Assembly (NCBI GenBank): GCA_963806225.1
Contig: CAWDXG010000004.1
Span: 3,424,001 to 3,488,000 of the forward strand
Length of the DNA stretch: 64,000 nt
Source: an uncultured delta proteobacterium
GTDB lineage: Bacteria > Myxococcota_A > Polyangia > Polyangiales > Polyangiaceae
Direction of reading: 5' to 3'
Shown here in pieces: positions 51,017-62,688 of the stretch; within the stretch, counting starts at the first letter, position 1; each line of letters begins with the position of its first letter. The notes beneath the pieces were generated by a model. It did no database searches. It was not told the origin of the DNA and saw only the letters and a list, made by a program, of their open reading frames with translations. The translations under genes and the position numbers were made by a program.

Positions 51017-51403
51017 TCAACTCTCTCCGTGAGCGGGGGAAAGCCCGCCGAGCTGGGCGGCGACGATGCCGATCGGCAGCGCACCGTATCCGATGATGAG
51101 CGGCAACACGTCCGCGATCCCGCTCCGGACAAGCAGGAACATGCCACCGAACAGCACTGCGAGCTTGACCAGGGCGACGAAGCCCCAGGACATCTTTCCG
51201 CGGCCGCCGAGGAAGGTCGAGACGAGCCGCCCGAGCACCCACAGGTTCAACACGGCTGCGGCGGCACCGATGGCGACGGCCAGCATCATGCGGGGACCGC
51301 CGGCGTACCAGGCACCCGCGGTCAAGAGCGCGCCGACAATGGCGACGACACGCAATACGCCTCCGATGCCGCTCTCAGTGCCGTGGGTTGTCTCGTCGGT
51401 CAT
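51017..51403 (-). CDS. atpI: ATP synthase subunit I
   Basis: Four TM helices; lies immediately upstream of atpB. Confidence 0.75.
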   Translation of the reverse strand: MTDETTHGTESGIGGVLRVVAIVGALLTAGAWYAGGPRMMLAVAIGAAAAVLNLWVLGRLVSTFLGGRGKMSWGFVALVKLAVLFGGMFLLVRSGIADVLPLIIGYGALPIGIVAAQLGGLSPAHGES

Positions 51404-51653
51404 GGAACCTCTTGCGCGCTTCCCGCTCTTCCTGTTCCTGTCTCTCTGCTTCGCGATTGGCCCGCTGCACAGCGCCCCAGATGGTGCGGTAGCCAGCAGC
51501 GACGCCGAAACCCAGGCCGACCAGAGTCAGCCAACCGTGTGCTCCGAGCTTGTGGTCGAGCCACCGACCCACGAAGAGCCCGAACAGGACGCTCAGCACA
51601 AACTCGAGGCCGATGGTCCCGTAGCTACCGACACCTTTCCAGTGTTGCTGCAC
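51375..51653 (-). CDS. AtpZ/AtpI family protein (ATPase gene 1)
   Basis: GLFVGRWLDHKLG..WLTLVGLGFGVAAGY motif; first gene of the atp cluster. Confidence 0.85.
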   Translation of the reverse strand: MQQHWKGVGSYGTIGLEFVLSVLFGLFVGRWLDHKLGAHGWLTLVGLGFGVAAGYRTIWGAVQRANREAERQEQEEREARKRFHDRRDNPRH

Positions 51654-51779
51654 TCAAGCCGTTAGGCGGCGGTCGATTAGCACGCCCCCGTACCGGGGGT
51701 CAATGACGCTTCGCCGCATCGCGTCGAGGCCCCTCTGGCGGCGCCGAACGCGGCCGCCCGACGGTGCTATTCTCCGCGC

Positions 51780-52698
51780 ATGGGACGCCTGAGCATCGCG
51801 CTCCTCGTCATGTTCGCGGCACCGGCCGCGGCCTGGGCCCAGTCGCCCGCCGCCGGCTCCGTGAAGGCGCCGAGGCCCACTGGCAGCTCCAGCGCCCCCG
51901 CCTCGGAACAGCACCCGCCGTCGTACTACTACGTCGAGCCGGCAACGCCGGGCTCCGCGCCCAGCTCCGCGCCCGCCGCGAACCCCGGCGAAGCCCCGCC
52001 TCCACCCGGCTACGGTCCCGACCTCGTCTACGAACCTCCTCCGCCCCCCACGCCGCATCACGTGGCGCCGAAGACTTCGCTCTGGGCGGGCGCGCGCGTC
52101 GGCTGGTTCGTCCCGTTCGGCAACCTGTGGGGCACCTGCGCGCAGCCGGTCGGCAACCAGTGCCAGCTGTACAGCGGCACCAAGTGGAGCGCGTACGCCT
52201 CCTCGGGTCCGATGTTCGAGCTCGATCGCCGGTGCCCGGCTCGCGCGCAACTACAACCTGTTCGCGCTGTGGGAGCACGCCTCGCTCGGCAAGGGCAGCG
52301 CAGAGCCCGATGCGCACGGCGGCCAGAAAGCCGGCGGCACCGACTACTACGCGCTCGGTGTGCGGGTTTCGTCGAATGCGGACAGCATCGGCTTCCTCAC
52401 CGAAATCAACATCGGCTACCGCCGCTTCCATGCGCTGTGGTCGGACGGCAGCGAGCTCCAGCTCACCAACGCGCCCTTCGAGTTCCGCATCGGCATCGGT
52501 GCGGACATCCGCATCAGCCGCGGTTTCTCGCTCTCGCCGATGGTCACGCTGGGCGCGGGTGGCTTCGGCACCGTCAAGCGCATCGGCCCGAACGGCGCGA
52601 AACAAGCGGTCGACCCGCCCGTCGACGAGACCGGCGGCCATGCCTGGGCCACGCTGCAGCTCGGCGGGCACTTCGACATCGCGGGCAGCAAGGACTAG
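51780..52698 (+). CDS. Exported Pro-rich protein with beta-barrel-like C-terminus (apparent frameshift ~52228)
   Basis: Signal peptide, Pro-rich N-terminus and amphipathic strands (GARVGWFVPFG, FRIGIGADIR, LQLGGHFD) across two frames. Confidence 0.6.
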
Positions 52699-53345
52699 TC
52701 GTCGCAGAGGATGCTCTCGGCCCGTTCGAGCTGTGCCTCGACGGCTGCGATGAGGGCGGGGCGCAGGGCGCGCACGGCACCGGCGCGATGACTGATGGCG
52801 TTCTTCTCGCCTTCGCCGAGCTCCGCCATCGCGCGCCCCCCGTACTCGTCGACCACGAACAGCGGGTCGTAGCCGAATCCGCCGCTGCCCCGCGGCGTGC
52901 GCGCGATACGTCCGTCGCAGCGACCCTCCGCGAATTCAACGTCCGCATTCCACGGGCTCGCCAGCGCCAGTACACAACGGAAGCGCGCGCCGCGCGCCTC
53001 TTCGTTGATCTCCTCCAGCTCGCGCAGCAGTGCAGCGTTGTTCTCCGCGTCGGTAGCGCGGTTGTGCGCGAAGCGAGCCGTGCGCACTCCGGGGCGACCG
53101 CCCAACGCGTCCACCTCCAGCCCGCTGTCGTCGGCCAGCGACAGCATGCGCGTCAGCCGGCACGCGTCCCGCGCCTTCTGCTCGGCGTTGCCTTCGAAAG
53201 TGTCGGCATCCTCCGCCAGCGAAACGTCGCCGACCACGTCGTGGACGCTCACCAGCTCGATGGGCAGGTCACCCAGGAGCGAACGCAGCTCGGCGAGCTT
53301 CCCCTCGTTCGAGGTGGCGAGCACGACGGTCAGCACGCGGGGCAT
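52695..53345 (-). CDS. rdgB: Non-canonical purine NTP pyrophosphatase (RdgB/HAM1)
   Basis: ATSNEGK, ADDSGLEVDALGGRPG, GFGYDP and KNAISHR motifs. Confidence 0.95.
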   Translation of the reverse strand: MPRVLTVVLATSNEGKLAELRSLLGDLPIELVSVHDVVGDVSLAEDADTFEGNAEQKARDACRLTRMLSLADDSGLEVDALGGRPGVRTARFAHNRATDAENNAALLRELEEINEEARGARFRCVLALASPWNADVEFAEGRCDGRIARTPRGSGGFGYDPLFVVDEYGGRAMAELGEGEKNAISHRAGAVRALRPALIAAVEAQLERAESILCDD

Positions 53346-53419
53346 GGCGCCTCGCATACTAGCTTCTAGCTGTTGGCCGTTCGCGGATAGCTGTCGGGCA
53401 CCGCGCTACCTCCGCAGAT

Positions 53420-53468
53420 CGCGACAAAATGCCACGCTTCATGGACAATATCGTGGCATTTTGCCACG
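53420..53468. promoter_or_regulatory. Tandem palindromic operator-like sites
   Basis: CGTGGCA-TTT-TGCCACG (53452-53468, perfect) and CGCGACA-AAA-TGCCACG (53420-53436), with centres 32 bp apart. Confidence 0.55.
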
Positions 53469-53493
53469 CACCGTGCGCCCGAGCGGGCCCCAG

Positions 53494-55008
53494 CTAGCGA
53501 CTCTCGAGTGGCAGATGGATGCGGAAGCGTGTCCCGCGCTCGGGCCGGCTCTCGCACGCGATGCGCCCGCCGTGCGCTTCGACGATCTGTCGCGTGATGG
53601 CGAGGCCGAGCCCGGTGCCGTGGCCCTTGGTGGTGAAGAACGGCTCGAAGAGCTTCGCCCGCGTGCCCTCGTCCATACCCGCCCCCTCGTCGTCCACGAC
53701 GATGTCAACGCCGTCGTCGCTCCCTTCGACCGACACCTGGACAATCCCGCCCTCGGCCATCGCCTCGCGCGCGTTGCGGAGCAGGTTGAACAGCGCCTGC
53801 TTCAGCTGCGCTTCGTCGACGCGCACGCTGGGCAGGTCGGGGCTGATGTCGATCCGCGTCTCTACTCCGTGGCGCTCCAGATCGCGGCGCATGAAGTCGG
53901 ATGCCTCGCTCACTACTTCGCCGAGATCCTCTTCCTCGAGACGCGGCGGCTGATGGCGCGCGACAGACAGGTACTGCTCGCTCAGCTGCGTCAGGCGCTC
54001 CACTTCGTTCTTGATGGCCTTGACCAGCTGACGCCCCTCGCTCTCGTCGCTGCCGAGCTCCTCCTCGAGCAGCTCGACGTTGAGACCGATGGACGAGAGG
54101 GGATTGCGGATCTCGTGCGTGACGTGCGCGGCCATCTTGCCGATCGTCGCCAGTCGTTCGGTAGCGAGCAGCTGCTCGTTGGCGCGTGCGATGGCGCTGA
54201 CCATGCTCTCGAACGTCACCGCCAGCTCGCCGAGCTCGTCGTTGGAAGCCACGACGGGCCGCGGAGTCAGGTCACCCTGCGCCACGGCCTTGGCCCGCTC
54301 GGTCACGGCCTGGAGCGGCGCCAGCAGCCGCCGCGCGTACAGCGCCATGCCCACGCCAACCAGCGCTGCGAACGCGCATAATGCGATGAGCAGCTGGATA
54401 GCGCGGCGCTCCCGCGCGCGAGCCGCGTCGAGCAGGGAATCCACGTTGCGCTGAACGCGTGCTTCAAGAGTGCTCAGGCGGCGTTTGCCGTTTGAACCGC
54501 GCTTGACGAGATCATCGCGCATGTGTTCGGCGCGCTTCTGGTCACCCTGGTCGAGGGCGTCGAAGAGCTGGGCAAGGCGTTCGCGGTCTCCCTCGAGGTA
54601 TTTCTCGATGTTGGTCGTCTGGGTCAGAAGCTCGTGACCCGTGGCTCGCACCGACGCATCGTCCGACTTGCTGAACGCCCGGGCGATCGCCGCACGCACT
54701 TCGCCGAACATCTGCGGGCGGAAGCGCTGGGCGAGGTCGAACCAGACGCGCTTGTCCGCGGGATTGCGGATGGTGGTGATGTGATTGAGCTGCGTGTTCC
54801 AGGTGTCCTGGTTCGCCACGAGATCGCGTAGCGCGAGTGCCAGCGGCAGATATCCGGAGCGCATCAAATCCGCTTCGCGCGAGGCGTTGCGCAGCGCGAT
54901 CACGCTCCAGCCGGCCGCAACGGCAAACGCGATGGTCACGATGGCATAGGAGAGCAGCACGCGCGCAGCGACCGTACGCCGCGGTCGGGAAGCTGCTCTG
55001 TCAGCCAT
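53494..55008 (-). CDS. HAMP-domain membrane sensor histidine kinase
   Basis: Two TMs, HAMP domain, H-box HEIRNPL, NLLRNA, DEGAG and FFTTKGHGTGLGL. Confidence 0.95.
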   Translation of the reverse strand: MADRAASRPRRTVAARVLLSYAIVTIAFAVAAGWSVIALRNASREADLMRSGYLPLALALRDLVANQDTWNTQLNHITTIRNPADKRVWFDLAQRFRPQMFGEVRAAIARAFSKSDDASVRATGHELLTQTTNIEKYLEGDRERLAQLFDALDQGDQKRAEHMRDDLVKRGSNGKRRLSTLEARVQRNVDSLLDAARARERRAIQLLIALCAFAALVGVGMALYARRLLAPLQAVTERAKAVAQGDLTPRPVVASNDELGELAVTFESMVSAIARANEQLLATERLATIGKMAAHVTHEIRNPLSSIGLNVELLEEELGSDESEGRQLVKAIKNEVERLTQLSEQYLSVARHQPPRLEEEDLGEVVSEASDFMRRDLERHGVETRIDISPDLPSVRVDEAQLKQALFNLLRNAREAMAEGGIVQVSVEGSDDGVDIVVDDEGAGMDEGTRAKLFEPFFTTKGHGTGLGLAITRQIVEAHGGRIACESRPERGTRFRIHLPLESR

Positions 55009-56081
55009 GAGCTTCGAGACTCTGGCGGATCAAGCTCGCCAGATCGATCGCATCGGCACCGCCCGAGCGCAGGCGCTTCAGGCTCGAAGCACAGGCGGTG
55101 ACGATGCTGCCCCCGCCCTGCTCCTCGTGCTCGGAGACGCGGTCGGCGGCGATCGCCTGCGACACGTCCGGCATGCTGACCGGCAGCAGTCCACCGCCGC
55201 CCGAGCAGGCCGCGGCGCCGCGTCGGCGCGCGAATTCTTCCGGAGCGTGCCCGAGGAGGCGACCGAGCACGGCTCGCGGCTCTTCGTAGCGGCCGAGACC
55301 GCGGCCGAGTTGACAGGGGTCGTGCCAGCGCAGCGTCTTTCCCTCCAGCGAGGGCAGACGCGCCAGGCGTCCGAGGTGACGCACGGCGAGATCGACCAGC
55401 AGGGTCGGCTTCCTGTCCTGGAAGGTCATGGCGCAGCCGGGATCGACCACGAAAAGCTCCTGTGCACCGGCAATGCGAGCTCTCCAGACGACCACGCACG
55501 GCTTCGAATCCCTTGCGATCGCCGGCGGCAAGCAGGGGCAGCCCGCAACAGCCGTCGACCAGCCGCACGTCTCCGGCGAGCCGGGCCACGGCGGTCACGG
55601 CGTCGCGCGCTTCATCCGGCAACGAGCGCACGTACGCACATCCGACGAGCAGCGCCCGGGGAGAGCGCGCATCCACTCCGGGCAGCCCGCGCAGCGCGTC
55701 GAGCCCTGCCTGGAGCTCCGCATCGCGCTCGCGCTGCCGCTCCGCCGAGCGCACCACGGCCCCGGGCGCGACGCCGGCGGCGAAGAAGTCGCCGCGCGCG
55801 TCGGCGAGCGTGTCGGCGACGGGATTCTTGTGATCGCAGTTCTCGCGGCAGTTGTGGCAACCCGTGCAAGCCCAGGCGACGGCAGCGTGCGCCGCATCGG
55901 CGGGCACGTCGCCTCGCGCAGCGAACCAGGAAAGGCTCATCTTTCCCCACGGCGTGAGCGTGTCGCGCGGTTCGGCGTTCGAGACGGGGCACGCCGCGCG
56001 GCACAGCTTCGGGCAGTAGCCGCAGGTCTCGAGCTCCTTTTCGCGCCCGTCGAGCAGAGACAGATGCCGGGACTCGCTCAT
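55001..56081 (-). CDS. (Fe-S)-binding protein with CCG domains (GlpC/HdrD-like), apparent frameshift ~55475
   Basis: CGYCPKLCRAACP, CTGCHNCRENC, GCCG, DPGC, HDPC..GR, CSGGGG and TACASS motifs. Confidence 0.8.
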
Positions 56082-57967
56082 TGTGACTTCTGCGCCGGCC
56101 CTTTCGTCGCGCTCTTGCGCCCGGCCGACGGCGCGCGTGCTGGAGCATGCTGGGCGCGCTCGGGGCCGGGGCGCCGCCGTTCCGGCTGGGGTAGCCTCAG
56201 CTCGAAAGCCGCGCCGGAGTTGGAAGAGCTGACCTCGATGCGGCCATCGTGCTCCTCGGCGATCTTCTTGACGATGGCGAGACCGAGCCCCGTACCCCCT
56301 TCCTTGCCGGCGGTCACGAACGACTGGAACAGCCTCCCCTCGATTTCCACGGGAATGCCGGGGCCCGTGTCCGCCACGCGGATCACGAGCTCGCTGTCCT
56401 GCATGCCCGCGCTGATCGTCAGCTTGCCGCCAGCGCCTGACATGGCCTCGATGGCATTGCGGGCTAGATTGTGGATCGCACGCGCCATGCGCCCCTCGTC
56501 GAAACGCGCGACGACCTTGGTGTCCACTTCCATCTCGAGCTCGATGGCGCGGCCTTCCAGCTCGTGACCGAGGTGGCGCACAATGTCGGCGAAGAACTTC
56601 TTCAGGTACACCTTGCGGATGAAGACGTTGCGCTCGCCGCGGGCGAACTCCAGCACTTCGCGCTGCATCGCGGTCAAGAGATCGAACTGCTTGAGGATTT
56701 CCTCCGTGTACTCCGACCGTTGCGACGCATTGTCGGCATCCTGCATCAGCTGCACGTAGCCGCTGATCACGGTCATCGGCGTCTTGAAGTCGTGAATCAC
56801 CTGCGACAATAGCCTTCCAATCGTGGTGAGGCGCTCGCCGCGTTCGCGCGCCTGGCTGGCGCGGAACAGCCGCACGGCCGTCGACACGTTGGCGCTGACG
56901 AGTCTCAGAAGCGAGACGTCCTCGTCGGTAAACGGACGGCCTCCGCGCTTGGAAAAGAGTCCGATGGCTCCGAGCGCGTCGTCCTCGCCTTCGAGCGGCA
57001 GCGCCAGCACGGAGTCCACGGGGAACGTGTAGTCCCCCTCGACGCGCTGGTGCCAGCGCGGATCCTGCGTGGCCCCCTGCACCTGCAACGGGCCCTGCTG
57101 CTCCATCGCGATCGCCAGGAACCCCTCGCCGGACTTGACGCCCTTGCGCAAGAGCTCGCCGGAGTCGCCGGTGTCGAGGATGTACTGGACGAGATCGCGG
57201 GTCTCCTCCTCCGCCAGGAGCAATCCGGCGCCCCGCGCCTCGCAGGCGCCCGCCACCTGCCCCAGCACGGCCTTGGCCAGGGTCTCCAGGGAGCCGGCGC
57301 GGGCGGTCGCGCGTTCCAGGTCGAACAGGAGCTCGAGATCGCGCAGCCGCCGTTCGAGCTGCTCCTTGGTCTCGAGCAGCTGCTTGTTCTTCTGGGTCAG
57401 CGACAGGAAGAGCCGGGAGTTGTCGATGGCCACAGCGGCCTGCGTGCTGAGTGCGAGCAGGGTCGCCTCGTCCTCGGCGCTGAACTCCTCGCCCTCGAGC
57501 TTGTTCAGCACCTGGACCACGCCGATGGTTCGACCCAGGTGGTTCTTCAGCGGCGCAACCAGCATGTTCCGCGTGCGATAACCGGTCAGGACGTCCCACT
57601 CGGGCTCGAAGCGCTGGTCGGTGTAGGCGTCCTTGACCCGGATCGGCTTGCCGGTCTGGGCCACACTGCCGGCGATGCCGTGGCCCACCTTCAGCCGGAT
57701 GGAGCGCACCTGCTGCCCCACCACGATGCGGCTCAGGAGCTCGCCGTGCTCCTCGTCCAGCAGGTACAGCGTGGCGCGGTCCGCCTCGAGCAGCTCGGTG
57801 ACCTTGCCCAGGATGAGCTCCAGCAGATCGTCGAGGTCGAGCGTGGTACCGAGCGCGTTGCCGACCTCCCGCAGCGCCCGCGAGATGCGCTCCTCGCGGG
57901 CCAGAGCCACTTCCAGCTCCCGCACGCGGCGCTCCAATTGCGCGGACCTGGATTCGGCTGCGGCCAC
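56078..57967 (-). CDS. Cytoplasmic GAF-GAF sensor histidine kinase
   Basis: GAF motifs (GIAGSVAQTG, DAYTDQRF, LNK..F..ED), a second GAF domain, H-box HDFKTPM, DTGPG and GTGLGL. GTG start inferred. Confidence 0.92.
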   Translation of the reverse strand: MAAAESRSAQLERRVRELEVALAREERISRALREVGNALGTTLDLDDLLELILGKVTELLEADRATLYLLDEEHGELLSRIVVGQQVRSIRLKVGHGIAGSVAQTGKPIRVKDAYTDQRFEPEWDVLTGYRTRNMLVAPLKNHLGRTIGVVQVLNKLEGEEFSAEDEATLLALSTQAAVAIDNSRLFLSLTQKNKQLLETKEQLERRLRDLELLFDLERATARAGSLETLAKAVLGQVAGACEARGAGLLLAEEETRDLVQYILDTGDSGELLRKGVKSGEGFLAIAMEQQGPLQVQGATQDPRWHQRVEGDYTFPVDSVLALPLEGEDDALGAIGLFSKRGGRPFTDEDVSLLRLVSANVSTAVRLFRASQARERGERLTTIGRLLSQVIHDFKTPMTVISGYVQLMQDADNASQRSEYTEEILKQFDLLTAMQREVLEFARGERNVFIRKVYLKKFFADIVRHLGHELEGRAIELEMEVDTKVVARFDEGRMARAIHNLARNAIEAMSGAGGKLTISAGMQDSELVIRVADTGPGIPVEIEGRLFQSFVTAGKEGGTGLGLAIVKKIAEEHDGRIEVSSSNSGAAFELRLPQPERRRPGPERAQHAPARAPSAGRKSATKGPAQKSQ

Positions 57968-58051
57968 GCGTCGATCGAAACACGGACGGGCCCCCGGATC
58001 CACCGGCCGCCGGTTGCCGAGCGGGCCAGGGTTCGGTAACAAGACCGCAGA

Positions 58052-58330
58052 ATGGCTCTCAAGCAGCTCCAGCTCGTGGTGCGTGGTCGCGTCCAGGGTG
58101 TGTACTTCCGCGCCGCGACGCAGCGTGAAGCCCGTCGGCTCGGGGTCAGCGGCTGGGTGAAGAACCGCAGCGACGGCTCCGTGGAGATCCTTGCCGAAGG
58201 CGAGGAAGTCGCCATCCGCGAGCTGTACGGCTGGGCCCAGAAGGGCCCGAGCGCGGCGCGCGTGGACCGCGTGGACACGCGCTGGAGGAGCTTCACGGGC
58301 GAGTTCGCCGAGTTCCGCATCGTCGACTAG
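58052..58330 (+). CDS. acyP: Acylphosphatase
   Basis: GRVQGVYFR, GWVKNRSDGSVE and GPSAARV motifs. Confidence 0.95.
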   Translation: MALKQLQLVVRGRVQGVYFRAATQREARRLGVSGWVKNRSDGSVEILAEGEEVAIRELYGWAQKGPSAARVDRVDTRWRSFTGEFAEFRIVD

Positions 58331-58436
58331 CCCGCCGTCCGGGAGTGGTACACACGCACTTCCGGCCGATTGGCCGACACTGGTCGCCGGGGACCGGGGA
58401 AGTGGAGCCAGCACTGCCGTGCTAAGGCGTCGCGTG

Positions 58437-60131
58437 ATGAGGCCGGCCTGGCTCGTGTCGTTGGTGATCCTGGCGCTGCTGTCCGGAGTGACGCGCGCCC
58501 GGGCCGACGCCCCGCCAGCGGGCTCCACGGCCGCCGAGGCCGGCGTGCCGAGCCAGCCGTCCGCCCTGCCGCCTCTGCCCAAGGTGCCCGGCGTCGAGCT
58601 GCCGAAGCCAGAAAAGCAGGAGCTCGCCGACCTCGATGCGCTGCTGTCGAGGCTGCAGGCCAAGGACAGCATGGTGCGCGACCAGGCGGTCAAGGAGATC
58701 CTGGAGGTCCGGCCGCGGCTCGTGCCGGCCATCGCGGAGCGCCTCGATTCCATCGCGGACAAGGCAGACCGCGACGAGATGAAGCACCTCCTGCACGGCA
58801 TCCGGCGCACGGCGCGCAAGGAGCTGCGAGAAAAGATGCGCGCGGCCGGCGAGAAGGGCCGGATCAAGACGCCGGACTATCTGGAGATGGTCGCCGAGCA
58901 CGCCAAGTCGGACTCGCCGACCTGGCGGAACCTGGTTTCGGTGCTCGGCATGAGCCGCATGCTGGTGCACATCGCCAGCGTGGACGCGGTGCGCGTCCTG
59001 ATCGACGTGTACGTCCGCTTCGGCGAGTTCATGCGCGTCGACACGCAGCTGCAGCTGGAAAAGCTGGGCGACAAGGCGGTCGCGGCGCTGATCGAGGCGC
59101 GCCGGCACCCGGCGAAGAAGATCGCGCACTGGGCCGACCGCGAGCTCGACATGATGGGCAAGGCGATCCCGAGCGAAGCGATCCGCACGGACGACTACGA
59201 AGTGCTGGCCGACGTGCTGCGTGCGTACGGCCGCGTGCGCGATCCCGACGCGGCGCGCATGGTGATCTCGTTCGCCAACTCCGAGCGCGCGCAGGTGCGC
59301 ATAGCCGCGCGGCAGGCGGTCGCGATGATGGGGGAGGTCGCCAACTGGCAACTGCGGGACACCTACGAGACCATCGTCGGCGACAAGCCGCCGCGTGACT
59401 GGGGCTGGAAGCGCACTGCGCGCGAGCTCTTCGGACGCTTCGACCGGCAGCGGCTGGCCCGGGTGTACCACCTGTACGACGAGGGCATGGCGGCCTACCG
59501 CGCCGGGCACCTCGACGCGATGCGCGCGAGCTTCAACAAGGTGCTCGCACAGAGCCCCATGTTCGAGCACCGCAGCGACATGCTGCAGGGGTATCTGGCG
59601 TTCGCGAAGAAGTACGCGGACAAGCACCCGGCAGAAGCGCTCGACGCCGCGCGCCGCGCCGAGCGACTGGCACCGGATGATGCCGCCGCAAAACCAATCA
59701 AGAGCCTGCGCCTGGCGCTCGAAGGGGAACGCCTGCTCGGTCGGGGAGTCGCCGACCAGACGCTGTTCCGCCGCGCGCTGGAGCTGGACTCATCCAACGC
59801 CCGCGCGCGGGACGGGCTTGCCCGCATCCAGCACGGCGAGCTCGACAAGCACGGCAAGGACAGGCGCTATTCGGCCGCCGGCGCCATCGGGCTTGCTGCG
59901 CTGGTTGCCATTGCGTTCATTGGCCTCTGGCGACCGCGACGCCAAGCGAAAGCCTCCACGCCGGGCGACGACCCCGAAAGCGGCGAGGGCGATCCGGAAC
60001 CCGTACGCGACGACGCAACGCCGGACGAGCCCGAGCCCGAGCAGGAAGAGCGCAACGAGGCGGACCCGGACGAGCCCGAGCAGGGAGAACGCGACGAAGC
60101 GGACCCGGACGAGCCCGAGCAGTCCGCCTGA
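58437..60131 (+). CDS. Exported HEAT/TPR-like helical protein with C-terminal TM and acidic tail
   Basis: Signal peptide (ARA), helical repeats, RALELD..NARA, a TM helix and DEPE repeats. Confidence 0.65.
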   Translation: MRPAWLVSLVILALLSGVTRARADAPPAGSTAAEAGVPSQPSALPPLPKVPGVELPKPEKQELADLDALLSRLQAKDSMVRDQAVKEILEVRPRLVPAIAERLDSIADKADRDEMKHLLHGIRRTARKELREKMRAAGEKGRIKTPDYLEMVAEHAKSDSPTWRNLVSVLGMSRMLVHIASVDAVRVLIDVYVRFGEFMRVDTQLQLEKLGDKAVAALIEARRHPAKKIAHWADRELDMMGKAIPSEAIRTDDYEVLADVLRAYGRVRDPDAARMVISFANSERAQVRIAARQAVAMMGEVANWQLRDTYETIVGDKPPRDWGWKRTARELFGRFDRQRLARVYHLYDEGMAAYRAGHLDAMRASFNKVLAQSPMFEHRSDMLQGYLAFAKKYADKHPAEALDAARRAERLAPDDAAAKPIKSLRLALEGERLLGRGVADQTLFRRALELDSSNARARDGLARIQHGELDKHGKDRRYSAAGAIGLAALVAIAFIGLWRPRRQAKASTPGDDPESGEGDPEPVRDDATPDEPEPEQEERNEADPDEPEQGERDEADPDEPEQSA

Positions 60132-60140
60132 CGCTCCCCG

Positions 60141-60863
60141 CTACTCCTTCTTCGCGGGCTTCTTCTCGGCCTTGGCTTCGGCCTTCTCGGGCTTGGCTTC
60201 AGCCTTCTCGGCCTTGGCTTCGGCCTTCGCGGGCTTCTTCTCGGCCTTGGCTTCGGCCTTCGCGGGCTTCTTCTCGGCCTTGGCTTCAGCCTTCTCGGCC
60301 TTCTTCTCGGCCTTGGCTTCAGCCTTCTCGGCCTTGGCTTCAGCCTTCTCGGCCTTGGCTTCAGCCTTCTCGGCCTTGGCTTCAGCCTTCTCGGCCTTCT
60401 TTCCGCCCTTGGGCTGAGGGCCCTCGACCAGCTCGATGATCGACAACGGTGCGTTGTCGCCACGACGGCGGCCGAGCTTGATGATGCGCGTGTAGCCGCC
60501 CGGCCGGTCCTGGTAGCGCTTGGCCAGATCGACGAAGACCTTCTCGATGAGGTCGACCTTGCGACTCTCCTGGCCGTCCTGCACCACGGCGAAGCGGCGC
60601 AGGAAGCGCGCCATCTGCCGCTGCGCTGCCTGCCGCCTCGCACGGTCGGCCACGCTCAGCTTGTCGTGCGGCGTGTAGGCGACTGCGCCAAGCCTGACGG
60701 CTCGCGTGATCATCCGCTCGGCCACACGCCTGAGCTCCTTGGCCTTGGCGTCGGTCGTTTCAATGCGCTCGTGAGCGACGAGATTCGCCGTCAACGCGCG
60801 CAGCATCGCCCTGCGGTGGCTGGTGTTGCGGCCGAACTGGCGGCCTGCTTTGCGATGTCGCAT
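60141..60863 (-). CDS. rplQ: 50S ribosomal protein L17 with Ala/Glu/Lys C-terminal extension
   Basis: [18 protein letters not shown] and [10 protein letters not shown] motifs. Confidence 0.98.
   Translation of the reverse strand: MRHRKAGRQFGRNTSHRRAMLRALTANLVAHERIETTDAKAKELRRVAERMITRAVRLGAVAYTPHDKLSVADRARRQAAQRQMARFLRRFAVVQDGQESRKVDLIEKVFVDLAKRYQDRPGGYTRIIKLGRRRGDNAPLSIIELVEGPQPKGGKKAEKAEAKAEKAEAKAEKAEAKAEKAEAKAEKKAEKAEAKAEKKPAKAEAKAEKKPAKAEAKAEKAEAKPEKAEAKAEKKPAKKE
60160..60402. repeat. 21/33-bp tandem repeats encoding AEKAEAK and [11 protein letters not shown]
   Basis: Repeated GCCTTCTCGGCCTTGGCTTC units in the 3' end of rplQ. Confidence 0.9.
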
Positions 60864-60888
60864 CGTCGTGCTCCTCGACAGGCTCCGG

Positions 60889-61915
<1,027 letters not shown>

Positions 61916-62047
61916 GTGCTTGTCTCCTTTTCGCCGGGGGTTCGCGCGGCCGTCCCGAGCGTGTTGGGGAACCCGCTCCCCGTTCACGCCCCGCGGCCTG
62001 CCCGCGTTGTCTTCTGGCGAGACCCGGAAAGCCCGGGCCTGGAAATG

Positions 62048-62678
62048 CTACCTGGAGTAGTACTCGACGACGTACTGCTCGCGAACCATCGGCTCGTTGA
62101 GCTCGTCGCGAACCGGCATCGACTTGAAGACGCCCGAGAAGTTTTCCTTGTCGACCTCGAGCCAGCTGGGCCGCGGCCGGTTGTCGGCCGACGCCATGGC
62201 GGCCTGGACGAAAGCCGATCTTGCGGCTCTTCTCGCGGACCTCGATCTTGTCCTCGGGCAGCACGCGATAGCTCGGGATGTTGACGCGCTTGCCGTTGAC
62301 CAGCACATGGTTGTGCCGCACCAGCTGCCGGCCCTGGGCGCGCGTGGCGGCGAAGCCCATGCGGTGCACGATGTTGTCGAGACGACGCTCGAGCAGACCG
62401 AGCATCTCCTCGCCGGTACGGCCCTTCAGGCCGGAAGCCTGACCGTAGTAGCTGCGGAACTGGCGCTCGAGCAGACCGTAGATGCGGCGCATCTTCTGCT
62501 TCTCGCGCAGGCGCAGGCCGTACTCGCTCATCTTGATGCGACCCTGGCCGTGCTGTCCGGGCGGGTACGGGCGGCGCGTGACCGCGCACTTCTCGCTGAA
62601 GCAGCGATCACCCTTCAGGTAGAGCTTGATGCCTTCGCGGCGGCAGAGCTTGCAAACGGGACCAATATAGCGTGCCAT
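62048..62678 (-). CDS. rpsD: 30S ribosomal protein S4 (apparent frameshift ~62213)
   Basis: [32 protein letters not shown] in the next frame. Confidence 0.97.
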
Positions 62679-62688
62679 CTTTTCTCTC

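Noticed and set aside
49824..51653. Incomplete atp operon (no atpF/H/A/G/D/C)
   Set aside because: A split between F0 genes and the rest of the operon is common in this bacterial group and is not novel.
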